Below are positions 42,516-51,750 of a DNA stretch of 64,000 bases, piece after piece. A model generated the notes under the pieces. The model was not told the origin of the DNA, did no database searches, and worked only from the letters and a program-made list of their open reading frames with translations. The stretch's first letter is position 1; each line of letters begins with the position of its first letter. Both the position numbers and the translations under genes were made by a program. This DNA is from Minisyncoccota bacterium (GTDB taxonomy: Bacteria > Patescibacteriota > Minisyncoccia > UBA6257 > XYB1-36-10), in NCBI GenBank assembly GCA_041651415.1, contig JBAZJH010000001.1:151713-215712 (forward strand). The letters are read 5' to 3'.

Positions 42516-43205
42516 ATGATTGCTTTTCAAAACGTTTCCAAAGTTTATGAAAATCATTCGGCTTCCACGGCGTTAAACGGCGTCACTTTTAAGATAGAGC
42601 CGAATGAGTTTGTTTCTTTAGTCGGCAGGTCCGGAGCGGGAAAGTCCACAATTATAAAAATGCTGATTGGGGAAGAACGGCCAACTAAAGGCAGAGTTAT
42701 TTTCGGTTCTTACGAAGTTAATAAACTAAAGAATCACGAGCTGCCTTTTTTGCGGCGTCATATCGGAGTGGTTTTTCAGGATTTCCGTCTTTTGCCGCAT
42801 AAGAACGCTTATGAAAATGTAGCTTTCGCTTTAGAGGTAGCCGGCTCGCCTCAGCAGGAAATAGACGAACTGGTGCCGCAGGTTTTAGACCTCGTGGGAC
42901 TTTCGGAAAGAATGTATAATTTTCCGCATGAGCTTTCAGGAGGAGAAAGACAAAGAGTGGCGATAGCGCGGGCAATGATTCACCGGCCGGAAGTGGTAGT
43001 GGCAGATGAGCCGACAGGCAATTTGGACCCGTTTAATACTTGGGAAATCATCAAACTGCTCGCCAAAATAAACGAGCTCGGCACGACGGTGATTTTAGCC
43101 ACGCATGACAAAGAAGTGATAAACTTTTTAAAAAGAAGAGTGATAACTATCGATAAAGGAGAAATAATCAGGGACGAAGAAAAAGGAAAATTTATTTTGG
43201 CCTAA
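42516..43205 (+). CDS. ftsE: Cell division ATP-binding protein FtsE (ABC ATPase)
   Basis: Walker A GRSGAGKST, ABC signature LSGGERQRVAIARA, and Walker B VVVADEPTGNLD. Followed by ftsX. Confidence 0.85.
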   Translation: MIAFQNVSKVYENHSASTALNGVTFKIEPNEFVSLVGRSGAGKSTIIKMLIGEERPTKGRVIFGSYEVNKLKNHELPFLRRHIGVVFQDFRLLPHKNAYENVAFALEVAGSPQQEIDELVPQVLDLVGLSERMYNFPHELSGGERQRVAIARAMIHRPEVVVADEPTGNLDPFNTWEIIKLLAKINELGTTVILATHDKEVINFLKRRVITIDKGEIIRDEEKGKFILA

Positions 43206-43208
43206 AAA

Positions 43209-44114
43209 ATGATTACCACAACTTTTAGAATAACCCGCTACGGGTTCAAGAATTTTTTAAGAAACGGATGGCTGTCGGTAGCCACAGTGGCAGTAATGCT
43301 TCTGGCGCTTTTCTTTTTTCTTGGCTTAATGCTTTTCAGATTTGTGACAATCTCGGCGCTTGATTCGGTAAAAGATAAAATAGACATCAGTGTTTATTTC
43401 AAAATAGAAACAGCAGAAGACGAAATGCTTCGAATCAAAGGAATTCTGGAAGATTTGAGCGAGATAAAAAGCATAGAATACGTTTCAAGAGACAAAGCGC
43501 TTTCAAATTTTAAAGAGAGGCATCAGGGAGACGCGGCGGAACAAGCCTTGAAAGAACTGGACGGAAATCCTTTTTTGGCATCCTTAAATATAAAAGCTAA
43601 CGACCCAAGCCAGTATTCCGCCATTTCTTCTTATATAGAAAACGGCTCTTTCGATGGAGTGATAGAAAAAATAACTTTCGCCCAAAATCAACTGGTGATT
43701 GAAAGATTGTCCACTATTATAAGCAACGTTAATCGGGCAGGATTGTCGCTCACAATAATTTTGGCAATTATCGCTATTTTGGTTGCCTTCAACACTATTT
43801 GGCTCGCGATGTATTCCAATCGCGAAGAAATCGGAATTATGCGGTTAGTCGGAGCTTCCAACACTTATATCAGAGGTCCTTACATTGTGGAAGGAATTAT
43901 TTACGGAATAATCGCGGCGGTTTTAAGCATTTTAATTTCCATTCCTGTGATTTTAACGATAAGTCCGTGGATGGCAAAAATCGCTTCAGAAATAAATTTA
44001 AAAGGATATTTCTTTTCCAATATTTTCAGTTTTCTGCTTTACCAAATTGTTTTCGGCGTTCTTCTTGGAGCAATTTCAAGCTTTATCGCTATTAGAAGAT
44101 ATTTAAGAGTCTAA
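43209..44114 (+). CDS. ftsX: Cell division permease FtsX
   Basis: N-terminal TM, a periplasmic domain, and 3 C-terminal TM helices with the MRLVGASNTYIRGPY motif. Confidence 0.8.
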   Translation: MITTTFRITRYGFKNFLRNGWLSVATVAVMLLALFFFLGLMLFRFVTISALDSVKDKIDISVYFKIETAEDEMLRIKGILEDLSEIKSIEYVSRDKALSNFKERHQGDAAEQALKELDGNPFLASLNIKANDPSQYSAISSYIENGSFDGVIEKITFAQNQLVIERLSTIISNVNRAGLSLTIILAIIAILVAFNTIWLAMYSNREEIGIMRLVGASNTYIRGPYIVEGIIYGIIAAVLSILISIPVILTISPWMAKIASEINLKGYFFSNIFSFLLYQIVFGVLLGAISSFIAIRRYLRV

Positions 44115-44122
44115 TTTCAGTT

Positions 44123-45334
44123 ATGTTTTCAGATAAAAAAATTTTAAAAACCGTTTTACTGGCGGTTTTGTTTTTTTCTTTATTTCTGCCGGTTTTTTCC
44201 TCGGCGCAGGAAGAAAGTCTTCCGACGATTTATCTTTTTTACAGCAAAACTTGCCCGCATTGCGCTAAAGAAATAGAATTTTTGAAATCATGGAAAGAGC
44301 AGGAATCAGGATTAAAGATAATAGCTTACGAAGTTAGCCAAAATCAGGCTAATTCCAATTTAGCTGTGAAAGTTATGGAAAAATTGGGAGGAGTGGCGTC
44401 GGGAGTGCCGGTAACGGTGGTAGGAGACAAATATATCGTCGGTTTTCACGAAGCAGAAACAACGGGCAATAAAATTAAATCGCTTGTTTTTGATTCTATG
44501 AACAGAGATGATTATCGAGATATAGTGGCGGAAATTTTGCAAGGTACAGAAGAAATTGTTATAAAACCAACGGAAGATGGAGGAAATCACGGAGAAGAAA
44601 AAATATCTTTGCCTGTTTTTGGAGAAATAAACCCAGGGGATTATTCTCTCTTTTCTTTAGCTTTTATAATCGGGGGACTGGACGGGTTTAATCCTTGCGC
44701 CAGCTGGGCGCTACTCTTCATTATTATGCTTTTAATAGGAATGAAAGACCGATTTCGAATGTGGGTTCTCGGACTTTCTTTTCTTTTTGCTTCCGCTTTA
44801 ACTTATTTTGCTTTTATGACTTTATGGTTAAATGTAATGCTTTTAATCGGTTATTCTTTTATTGTGCGATTTATAATCGGCGGAACAGCTTTTATTTCCG
44901 GAGGAGTTTATTTAAAAAAATGGAAAAATGACGGAAAGGGAGAGGTTTGCATAATAGCCAAAGAAGAAGGGAGAAGAAAATTAATCACGGAAAGTTTGAA
45001 AGAAGCCGTGAGAAGTAAAAATTTTTGGGTAGCAATTTTGGGCGTAATAGCACTTGGTGTTTTGGTAAATATTTTTGAGCTTTTCTGCTCTCTTGGATTA
45101 CCGGCAGTTTTTACAGGTTATCTTACTTCCGCTAAATTATCTTTTGGACAATATTATTTTTATCTTTTTGTTTATATTTTCGCTTATATGCTTGACGATG
45201 TGATAATTTTTGCGATAGCGATGAAAACATTAAAAATTTCTAATATAACAACCAAATACTCAAGATACCTTTATTTAATTGGAGGAATGGCTCTTCTTGT
45301 TATCGGCGGATGGATGCTTTATGGACTTTTCTAG
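44123..45334 (+). CDS. Thioredoxin-fold (CPHC) domain fused to a CcdA/DsbD-like polytopic membrane domain (thiol:disulfide electron transfer)
   Basis: Secreted N-terminal domain with SKTCPHCAKE. The membrane domain carries GLDGFNPCASW (the CcdA/DsbD Cys motif). Confidence 0.6.
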   Translation: MFSDKKILKTVLLAVLFFSLFLPVFSSAQEESLPTIYLFYSKTCPHCAKEIEFLKSWKEQESGLKIIAYEVSQNQANSNLAVKVMEKLGGVASGVPVTVVGDKYIVGFHEAETTGNKIKSLVFDSMNRDDYRDIVAEILQGTEEIVIKPTEDGGNHGEEKISLPVFGEINPGDYSLFSLAFIIGGLDGFNPCASWALLFIIMLLIGMKDRFRMWVLGLSFLFASALTYFAFMTLWLNVMLLIGYSFIVRFIIGGTAFISGGVYLKKWKNDGKGEVCIIAKEEGRRKLITESLKEAVRSKNFWVAILGVIALGVLVNIFELFCSLGLPAVFTGYLTSAKLSFGQYYFYLFVYIFAYMLDDVIIFAIAMKTLKISNITTKYSRYLYLIGGMALLVIGGWMLYGLF

Positions 45335-45395
45335 AAAGAAGTTGTAGAATCCGTCATAGAAATTTAAAAAAATCTTAGCAAGAAGGAGAAAGGCG

Positions 45396-45704
45396 ATGTT
45401 AGAAGTATTAGAAGAGAGAAGAAGAAGCTTAAAAAATTATTTTTCAGAGGTTTTTCTAGTGAGAGAGGGGGATCGCGTTGTTTTTCAAAGAGGAATATCA
45501 ATTGATGGTTTTAAAATTCCTGAAGGGACAGAGGCGCAAGTGATTCAAGATACATTACGTCTCTGCCATGAGCCGATGGTGGAAGGGACGGAATTAAAGC
45601 CAGCTGTTCTTGTCTATATTTCAAAAATAACAACAGAAAGGAACTTTTTTGTTCCGCTCGATGCTTTGGCTCCTGCTCCGGTGGAAGAAAAGAAAGGAGA
45701 ATGA
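45396..45704 (+). CDS. Hypothetical small protein (102 aa), paralog of the next gene
   Basis: Shares GDR[VL]...G.S...G...V..T...C...[IV]YI...FxVP with the 45701-46009 ORF. Confidence 0.45.
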   Translation: MLEVLEERRRSLKNYFSEVFLVREGDRVVFQRGISIDGFKIPEGTEAQVIQDTLRLCHEPMVEGTELKPAVLVYISKITTERNFFVPLDALAPAPVEEKKGE

Positions 45705-46009
45705 AGATGGGAGATACGACATTAAAAGAAGCTGGATTTAAGTCTTCTCTTAAATCTCTCGAAGTTGGAGATAGATTGAGATTAAGAGAGGGTTGTTCTG
45801 TAATAACAGAAATTGGACGAAAAATCCGATTATCTCATGGAGAAGTATTGAAAGTGACGGATGATTCTCCAAAATTCTGTTATGATTCAGATCACAAAAC
45901 TGATGATAATATTTATATTGGGATAAGAGTTTCTCAAGACAAAGATGAAACTCTAGTTTCTTTTGTTGTTCCGATGAACAAATGTGAAATTATCAAACAG
46001 CGGGTTTAA
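45701..46009 (+). CDS. Hypothetical small protein (102 aa), paralog of the previous gene
   Basis: 4-nt ATGA overlap with the upstream gene. The terminator at 45999-46024 overlaps its stop. Confidence 0.45.
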   Translation: MKMGDTTLKEAGFKSSLKSLEVGDRLRLREGCSVITEIGRKIRLSHGEVLKVTDDSPKFCYDSDHKTDDNIYIGIRVSQDKDETLVSFVVPMNKCEIIKQRV

Positions 46010-46016
46010 CCCGCTT

Positions 46017-46150
46017 TTTTTTATTAAATCTCCGCGAAAACCCCGCGCGTTAGCTAATGGGTTTGAAGCGGTAAAGATTTAATAAACCCCGACTTTGGTC
46101 GGGGTGAAACTCAAGACGCCACGGCCTTACGGCCGTGGAGTTTCATTGAT
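46017..46150 (-). repeat. REP/BIME-like mosaic element, copy 3 (inverted orientation)
   Basis: The reverse complement reads GAAACTCCACGGCCGTAAGGCCGTGG...GTTTCACCCCGACCAAAGTCGGGGTTTATTAAATCTTTACCGCTTCAAACCC..GCGCGGGGTTTTCGCGGAGATTTAATAA. Confidence 0.75.
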
Positions 46151-46186
46151 AAATTGCAAAGTTTTATGTAAGATTGTCTTGTAAAT

Positions 46187-46260
46187 TCGGGGATCGTCTA
46201 GTGGTAGGACGCCGCGCTCTGGACGCGGAAACTGGGGTTCGAATCCCTGTCCCCGAGCCA
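46187..46260 (+). tRNA. tRNA-Gln (anticodon CTG), CCA encoded
   Basis: Hand-folded: acceptor UCGGGGA/UCCCCGA, discriminator G, anticodon stem CCGCG/CGCGG with loop CUCUGGA, T-loop UUCGAAU. Confidence 0.75.
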
Positions 46261-46427
46261 TTGCAAATCAAGACATCTAATTTTTTAGGATTTCACTCTT
46301 ACTTCACAAACAATAAATTTCTCTTAATTAATAGAACTATTTTAAATTTTATGCCCAAGCGGCGGCGACAATCGCAGCTTGGGTATTTTTTTATAAGATT
46401 TAAAACAAGTCGTGATATAATAAAAAG

Positions 46428-47933
46428 ATGCTCGGCTTGCCATTTTTATTTTCCGCCGCGCCGTTTGCCGTTTTTCTATATCTTCTGCTCTTCAGAAAAA
46501 AAAATTTGCTTTTTGTTTCGGAAATAACGCTTTTAATAGTAGCGGTTTTAGCCGTTTTTTATTGGCGGATAATTCCCAACTTGCTTTTAATTTCTTACGC
46601 CAAAGGATTTTTAATCGCCTTTGATATTTTTATAATAATCGTCGGGGCCATTTTCTTTTTGGAAATTTCCAAGAAGCTGAAAATTATAGACAACGTTTCT
46701 TATTATTTGGAATCGTTTTCTAAAGACTACCGGGTAAAAATAATAATTTTAGCCTGGTTTTTGGAAAACTTCCTGGAAGGGACGGCAGGGTTCGGCACGC
46801 CATCAACTGTGGTGGCGCCGATTTTAATCGGATTGGGGCTTAATCCGCTTCAAGCGGTTATTGTGGCGCTTCTTGGAAACAGCGCGTCAGTGGTTTTTGG
46901 AGCGGCAGGAGCGCCTATCAGAATCGGCTTTTCTGGAATAGAAGCGGCAGCGCGCGTTCCGGAAATTGCCGCTTTAATAAATTTCGCCGGACTGCTTGTT
47001 CCGGTTTTTATGCTTTTTATCATAACGGCGGGAAAGAAAGACCGAAAAGAGCATATTTTAGAAGCACTGCCGTTCGCGATTTTTTCGGGGCTGGCTTTTG
47101 TTGTTCCGTCATTTTTATCCGTTTCTCTGGGACAGGAGTTTCCTTCAATTATCGGAGCGGCGGCAGGAGCGATACTTGTCTTTTTTGCGGCGAAGCTGAA
47201 TATCTTTATGCCGAAGAAAATAAGAAAATTAGACGGTTCGGCAAAATTAAAGAAAACACTTTCGCCTTTTAAAACTTTTTCTCCTTATGCCATTTTAATA
47301 ATTCTTCTGGTTTTCGGAAAGTTTTTTCTTGGGACAAAAAGCTTCTTAATTTCTTTTTCAGGAATAAACCATAGCTTCAGTTTTTTCAATCCGGGATTCG
47401 CTTTTATCATAACCGGACTTCTATTTATTTTTTGGAGAATTAAAAAGAAGCCGGAAGAATCGGCGGAATTAGCGGTAAAAAATTCTTTAATAAGAGCAAT
47501 TGAACCGTTTCTTGTTATCGCTCTTATGTCAGCCATGGTTCAAATAATGATAAATTCGGGACAAAACTTTTCCGGAGTTCCTTCTTTTATCGCAATACTA
47601 GCAAAGAATTTTGAAACCGCGGCTTTGCCATTTTTCGCTCCTTTTGTCGGGGCTTTCGGCAGTTTTATAACCGGTAGCGCCACTATTTCAAATATAATGT
47701 TCGGAAAATTTTTGGAAACCGCCTCGAGTATTATAGGTTATGACATAGCAGTGATTTTATCTTTGGGACTGGTCGGAGGAGCGGCGGGAAATATGATTGC
47801 TCTTGCCGATATTATGACAGCGGAAGCTGTCGTCGGAATAAAAAACAAAGAAAGAGAAGTGATTAAGGGAGTTTTTATTCCTTGTTTTATCTATCTTGCG
47901 GTCGTCGGCATTATCGGAATTTTAGTCACTTAA
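46428..47933 (+). CDS. lctP: L-lactate permease (LctP family)
   Basis: Polytopic, with the signature EGTAGFGTPSTVVAPIL. 501 aa. Confidence 0.75.
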   Translation: MLGLPFLFSAAPFAVFLYLLLFRKKNLLFVSEITLLIVAVLAVFYWRIIPNLLLISYAKGFLIAFDIFIIIVGAIFFLEISKKLKIIDNVSYYLESFSKDYRVKIIILAWFLENFLEGTAGFGTPSTVVAPILIGLGLNPLQAVIVALLGNSASVVFGAAGAPIRIGFSGIEAAARVPEIAALINFAGLLVPVFMLFIITAGKKDRKEHILEALPFAIFSGLAFVVPSFLSVSLGQEFPSIIGAAAGAILVFFAAKLNIFMPKKIRKLDGSAKLKKTLSPFKTFSPYAILIILLVFGKFFLGTKSFLISFSGINHSFSFFNPGFAFIITGLLFIFWRIKKKPEESAELAVKNSLIRAIEPFLVIALMSAMVQIMINSGQNFSGVPSFIAILAKNFETAALPFFAPFVGAFGSFITGSATISNIMFGKFLETASSIIGYDIAVILSLGLVGGAAGNMIALADIMTAEAVVGIKNKEREVIKGVFIPCFIYLAVVGIIGILVT

Positions 47934-47990
47934 AAATTAAATTCTCTCGGGTGTGGATAATTTTTAAAAAAATGGTAATATAATTAAGAT

Positions 47991-49073
47991 ATGAAAAAGC
48001 TTTTAGTTTTTTTGTTTTTATTTTTCTTTTTTGGATTTTTCAGCGCGGCGGACGCGGAAGAAATTTTTTACCGAACACTAAAAAAAGGAATGACAGGAGA
48101 TGATGTAAAAACGCTGCAAGAAATTTTAGCGAAAGACCCGGCAGTTTATCCGGAAGGAATTATTTCAAGTTATTTTGGAGAAGCGACAGAAAGAGCTCTT
48201 GGAAAGTTTCAGGAAAAAGAGGGGATAGTAAATAAAGCGGAAGGGGAAGAAAATGGCTACGGCACGGCCGGACCAAGAACAAGAGAAACGCTGAAGAAAT
48301 ATTTACCAAGCGAAATCATTGAAGAAGCAAAAAGCGAAGAAAAAACAACAGCGGAAGAGAAAATAATAACGCCTCCAGTTCCTGTTCAAGAAGAAGCAAA
48401 ACCGGAAGAAGTCGCGGAAGAAACGCCAAAGCCCTTCTTGGTTGAAATTTCAGTAAGCAATAAAGGAGAATACAGAGCGTACATAGGAGTAAAAAGCGAA
48501 AGATTGGCAAAGATGGAAGTGGAGTATGGGGAAAGCGGAAGTTTTGACAAAATAAAACTTATCTCGAGAGACCTTATGTTTTCTTTGGGAGATTACCTTG
48601 ATAATCTTGAAATCGATAAAGTTTATTCCATAAGAGCCAAGGCAACCGATAAAAACGGAATTATTTCTTATTCGGAAGAAATGACTTTTTCTCTTACAAG
48701 TGAAAACGACCCGGCAATCATAACTTACGGGCCAGCGGCAACTGTAAGAAGCCTGCCGGATGTTTTTGTGGAAATAATATGGGAAACAAATTTGGAATGC
48801 GAGGGAACTGTTTATTACGGAAAAACGGCTGATTACGGAAAAACAGCCGCGGGAAAAAAGGAGGCAAACCATAGAATAATTTTAACGGGATTGGAACCGG
48901 GAGTTTGGTATTATAAAACAAGTTGTTTTATAGGCGGAAGAACGACGGAAAGCGGGAATGCGTCTTTTATCGTGCCGGAAACTTCTTCTTTAAAGCCGGA
49001 GAATAATTTCTCGGCTTCGGCATTTTCAGCGCTTTTTGAAGTCTTCAGTTCTATCTTCAGTATTTTCAAGTAG
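47991..49073 (+). CDS. Secreted protein with an N-terminal peptidoglycan-binding (PG_binding_1-like) domain and a C-terminal beta-rich domain
   Basis: Signal peptide, then LKKGMTGDDVKTLQEILAK...FGEATERALGKFQ (PG-binding helix pair). Confidence 0.5.
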   Translation: MKKLLVFLFLFFFFGFFSAADAEEIFYRTLKKGMTGDDVKTLQEILAKDPAVYPEGIISSYFGEATERALGKFQEKEGIVNKAEGEENGYGTAGPRTRETLKKYLPSEIIEEAKSEEKTTAEEKIITPPVPVQEEAKPEEVAEETPKPFLVEISVSNKGEYRAYIGVKSERLAKMEVEYGESGSFDKIKLISRDLMFSLGDYLDNLEIDKVYSIRAKATDKNGIISYSEEMTFSLTSENDPAIITYGPAATVRSLPDVFVEIIWETNLECEGTVYYGKTADYGKTAAGKKEANHRIILTGLEPGVWYYKTSCFIGGRTTESGNASFIVPETSSLKPENNFSASAFSALFEVFSSIFSIFK

Positions 49074-49097
49074 GGAGACGGCTGATATAATAAACTA

Positions 49098-49625
49098 GTG
49101 GTAAAAAATATGACCTTGGCGCTGTCTTTTTTGACGGCAATCGGACAGATTTTTTTGGTTGTTTCAGTTTTATATTTTTTAATCAAAAAGAATCAGCCGG
49201 AGATTTTTAAAAAAAACGCTTTGCGGTTTTCTTTTTTAGTTTCGTTAATCGCAACACTTGGAAGCTTATTTTATTCGGAAGTTGCCGGATATGAACCGTG
49301 CGTTTTATGCTGGTATCAAAGAATTTTAATATATCCGGAAGTTATTATTTTTCTTTTGGCTTTAATAAAAAAGGAAGGGAAAAGAATCGCCGATTATGCC
49401 ATAACGCTTTCTGCGTTCGGAGCAGTAATTGCGGCTTTTAATTATTATCTGCAAGTGAAAGGCGCGGGAAGTTTTGCTTGTTCGACCGTTGGTTATTCAG
49501 CGGATTGTTCGGAAACTTTCTTTATGACTTTTGGGTATATAACTATTCCTTTAATGGCTTTAACGGCGTTTCTATTGATTATCATTTCCATGTTCGCTTT
49601 GAAACTGAAAGAAAAACAATTTTAA
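49098..49625 (+). CDS. Disulfide bond formation protein DsbB/BdbC family
   Basis: 4 TM helices. CVLCWYQR (CxxC) in the first periplasmic loop and a second Cys pair, FACSTVGYSADC. Confidence 0.65.
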   Translation: MVKNMTLALSFLTAIGQIFLVVSVLYFLIKKNQPEIFKKNALRFSFLVSLIATLGSLFYSEVAGYEPCVLCWYQRILIYPEVIIFLLALIKKEGKRIADYAITLSAFGAVIAAFNYYLQVKGAGSFACSTVGYSADCSETFFMTFGYITIPLMALTAFLLIIISMFALKLKEKQF

Positions 49626-49695
49626 AGGAGTTTGACTTGAGCAGTTGAGCAAGTATAATTACGGGGCTTATTTAAAATTATTTATAATTAAAAAA

Positions 49696-49950
49696 ATGAA
49701 AAAAATAAAAATTTATTCAACTCCTTCCTGTCCTTATTGCAATTTAGCCAAAGATTATTTCAAAGATAATAAGTTGGAATATGAGGAAATTAATGTGATG
49801 GAAGACCAAAAGGCGGCGGAAGAGATGGTAGAGAAAACAGGACAGATGGGAGTGCCAGTTATTATAATAAACGACGAGGACAGAAACAATGAAGAAATAA
49901 TTATCGGATTTGATAGAGGGAGAATAGCGGAGGTTTTGGGAAAAAAATAG
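49696..49950 (+). CDS. Glutaredoxin-like / NrdH-like thioredoxin-fold protein
   Basis: MKKIKIYSTPSCPYCNLAKDYF (CPYC active site). Start taken at the internal Met preceded by the AAAAAATG context. Confidence 0.7.
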   Translation: MKKIKIYSTPSCPYCNLAKDYFKDNKLEYEEINVMEDQKAAEEMVEKTGQMGVPVIIINDEDRNNEEIIIGFDRGRIAEVLGKK

Positions 49951-50227
49951 GGGGGAAAAAGTTAATTTTAAGTAGTGTATAAAAGAAGGGTTTGCGACAA
50001 ATCTTCGAAAAAAGGGATAATCGCCAAAATTTTCTCAGAATTGTCGCAAATCCTTCTAACTTTTTATAGGGAGAGGAGAGTGATAGTAATGTAATTGCCT
50101 ACTCCGAAATAAAGTCGGAGTTTAACGGCAACATTATAAAAATAGATTAAGTGTGTTTGACTTATTGATAACTTTAGTGTAAAGTGTAAAAAGAACTTAA
50201 ATCCAATACAACAAAAGGAGAAAAGAA

Positions 50228-50446
50228 ATGATTAGTGCCCCTTATACTTTTAAGAGAATTAAGCCTTCCTTTGATTCTTTAAAAGAGTACGAGCCAGAGT
50301 TTCACTTGAATTCCTGTCAGGAAGTAAAAAAAGCAGAAGAAGAGGGGAAACTAGTAACTGATTTATATATTAGCTCAATGGCGGATGTTACTACTCTGGC
50401 AGACTCAATTGATTGCAAAGATTGCAGGAGAGAATTGGAAAAATAG
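50228..50446 (+). CDS. Hypothetical small protein
   Basis: 72-aa ORF with an AGGAG RBS 8 nt upstream. Confidence 0.35.
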   Translation: MISAPYTFKRIKPSFDSLKEYEPEFHLNSCQEVKKAEEEGKLVTDLYISSMADVTTLADSIDCKDCRRELEK

Positions 50447-50482
50447 TTTTCCTAAAGACCGGTTTAAACCGGTCTTTTTAAA

Positions 50483-51592
50483 TTAAGATTTAGTAAATTC
50501 CACAAGAGCAACCTCAAAAGGAATAAAAGCAAAAGGGCTGTAGCGCATTTCACGATGGGCGGAAATGAGAAGCTTAAGAAGCTTGATGTGGCTTTCAATG
50601 GAAGAAAGTTCAGAGAGTTTTTTCATTTTTTCCAGTTCGTTTTCAGAAAAAATATTTCGAAAAGCGGATTCCATTTTAGGATTGGCTTTTAAGGAAAGAA
50701 CTTTTCCTAGGTAATTTATAAAGTCCTTATTAAACTGGACGATATCGCAGTTTTCGTTTTTTAAAGTTTCCGCAAATTCAAGCGCCTGTTCGATGTCTTT
50801 TTCCAAAAGGAAGCGGGCGAGATAATTCATTTTTTCCAAGCTTACTTTGCCGACAACGCTTTCCGCTTTCTCTAAAGTTATAGTTTCGTTTTTCCCTAAG
50901 AAAGAAACAATTTGGTCAAACATGGTTTCCGCATCGCGCATGCTGCCTTCGGAAGCGCCGGCTAAAAGCTCAAAAACCGGCTCTTCCAGAGAAATATTTT
51001 CCGAGGAAGCGACAGCTTTTAATTTTCCGATAATCAAATTTTTAGGCAGTTTGGAAAAAAGGAATTTCTGGGCGCGGGAACGGATAGTTAAAGGAACTTT
51101 TTCAATCTCGGTAGTGGCTAAAATAAACAAGGCATGGCTTGGAGGCTCTTCAATAGTCTTTAAAAGAGCGTTCCAAGCGGAAGGAGTGAGCATATGGACT
51201 TCGTCAATAATAAAAGTTTTATAACGGAAAGAAGACGGGGAAAGACGAACGCTTTCCTGAAGATTTCTGATTTCATCAATGCCGCGATTTGAGGCGGCAT
51301 CAATTTCGGTTAAATCAATGGCATTGCCGGCGTCAATTGAAAGACAAGCGGGGCAAGAGTTGCAAGGTTCGCCGGTTTTTCTAAAAAGTTCATCTTTAAG
51401 TCTGGTTTCACAATTGGCGATTTTAGCCAAAATGCGAGCAGTGGAAGTTTTGCCGCTGCCTCGTTCGCCGTAAAAAAGATAAGCATGGCTTAGACGATTT
51501 AAAATAGCGGCGTTTCTTAAAATTTCCACATTGATATCCTGGCCGATAAGGTCGGAGAGTTTTTTAGGGCGATATTTGCGATAAAAGGCCAT
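50483..51592 (-). CDS. dnaX: DNA polymerase III subunit gamma/tau (short form)
   Basis: YRPKKLSDLIGQ, Walker A GERGSGKTSTARILAK, zinc module CNSCPAC, and Walker B FIIDEVHML. Start set at MAFYRKYRPK rather than the 32-codon upstream extension. Confidence 0.85.
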   Translation of the reverse strand: MAFYRKYRPKKLSDLIGQDINVEILRNAAILNRLSHAYLFYGERGSGKTSTARILAKIANCETRLKDELFRKTGEPCNSCPACLSIDAGNAIDLTEIDAASNRGIDEIRNLQESVRLSPSSFRYKTFIIDEVHMLTPSAWNALLKTIEEPPSHALFILATTEIEKVPLTIRSRAQKFLFSKLPKNLIIGKLKAVASSENISLEEPVFELLAGASEGSMRDAETMFDQIVSFLGKNETITLEKAESVVGKVSLEKMNYLARFLLEKDIEQALEFAETLKNENCDIVQFNKDFINYLGKVLSLKANPKMESAFRNIFSENELEKMKKLSELSSIESHIKLLKLLISAHREMRYSPFAFIPFEVALVEFTKS

Positions 51593-51750
51593 AAAATAAT
51601 TAAAAGTTGTAAAGTTTAGAGGAAAAAGATAGGTAAATATAAAAAGTTTTCTTTTTTGATATTGTAGCTTAAAAAAAAGGTTTTTCAAATACGGCTTTTG
51701 TTTGAAGAAACAAAAAAAGATAGTATAATTACGCCAAAAGATAAAGGAAA

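Noticed and set aside
46174-46527. 117-aa ORF in the six-frame track
   Set aside because: It overlaps tRNA-Gln (46187-46260) and the lctP 5' region. The N-terminus MSCKFGDRLVVGRRALDAETGVRIPVPEP is simply the translation of the tRNA. Spurious.
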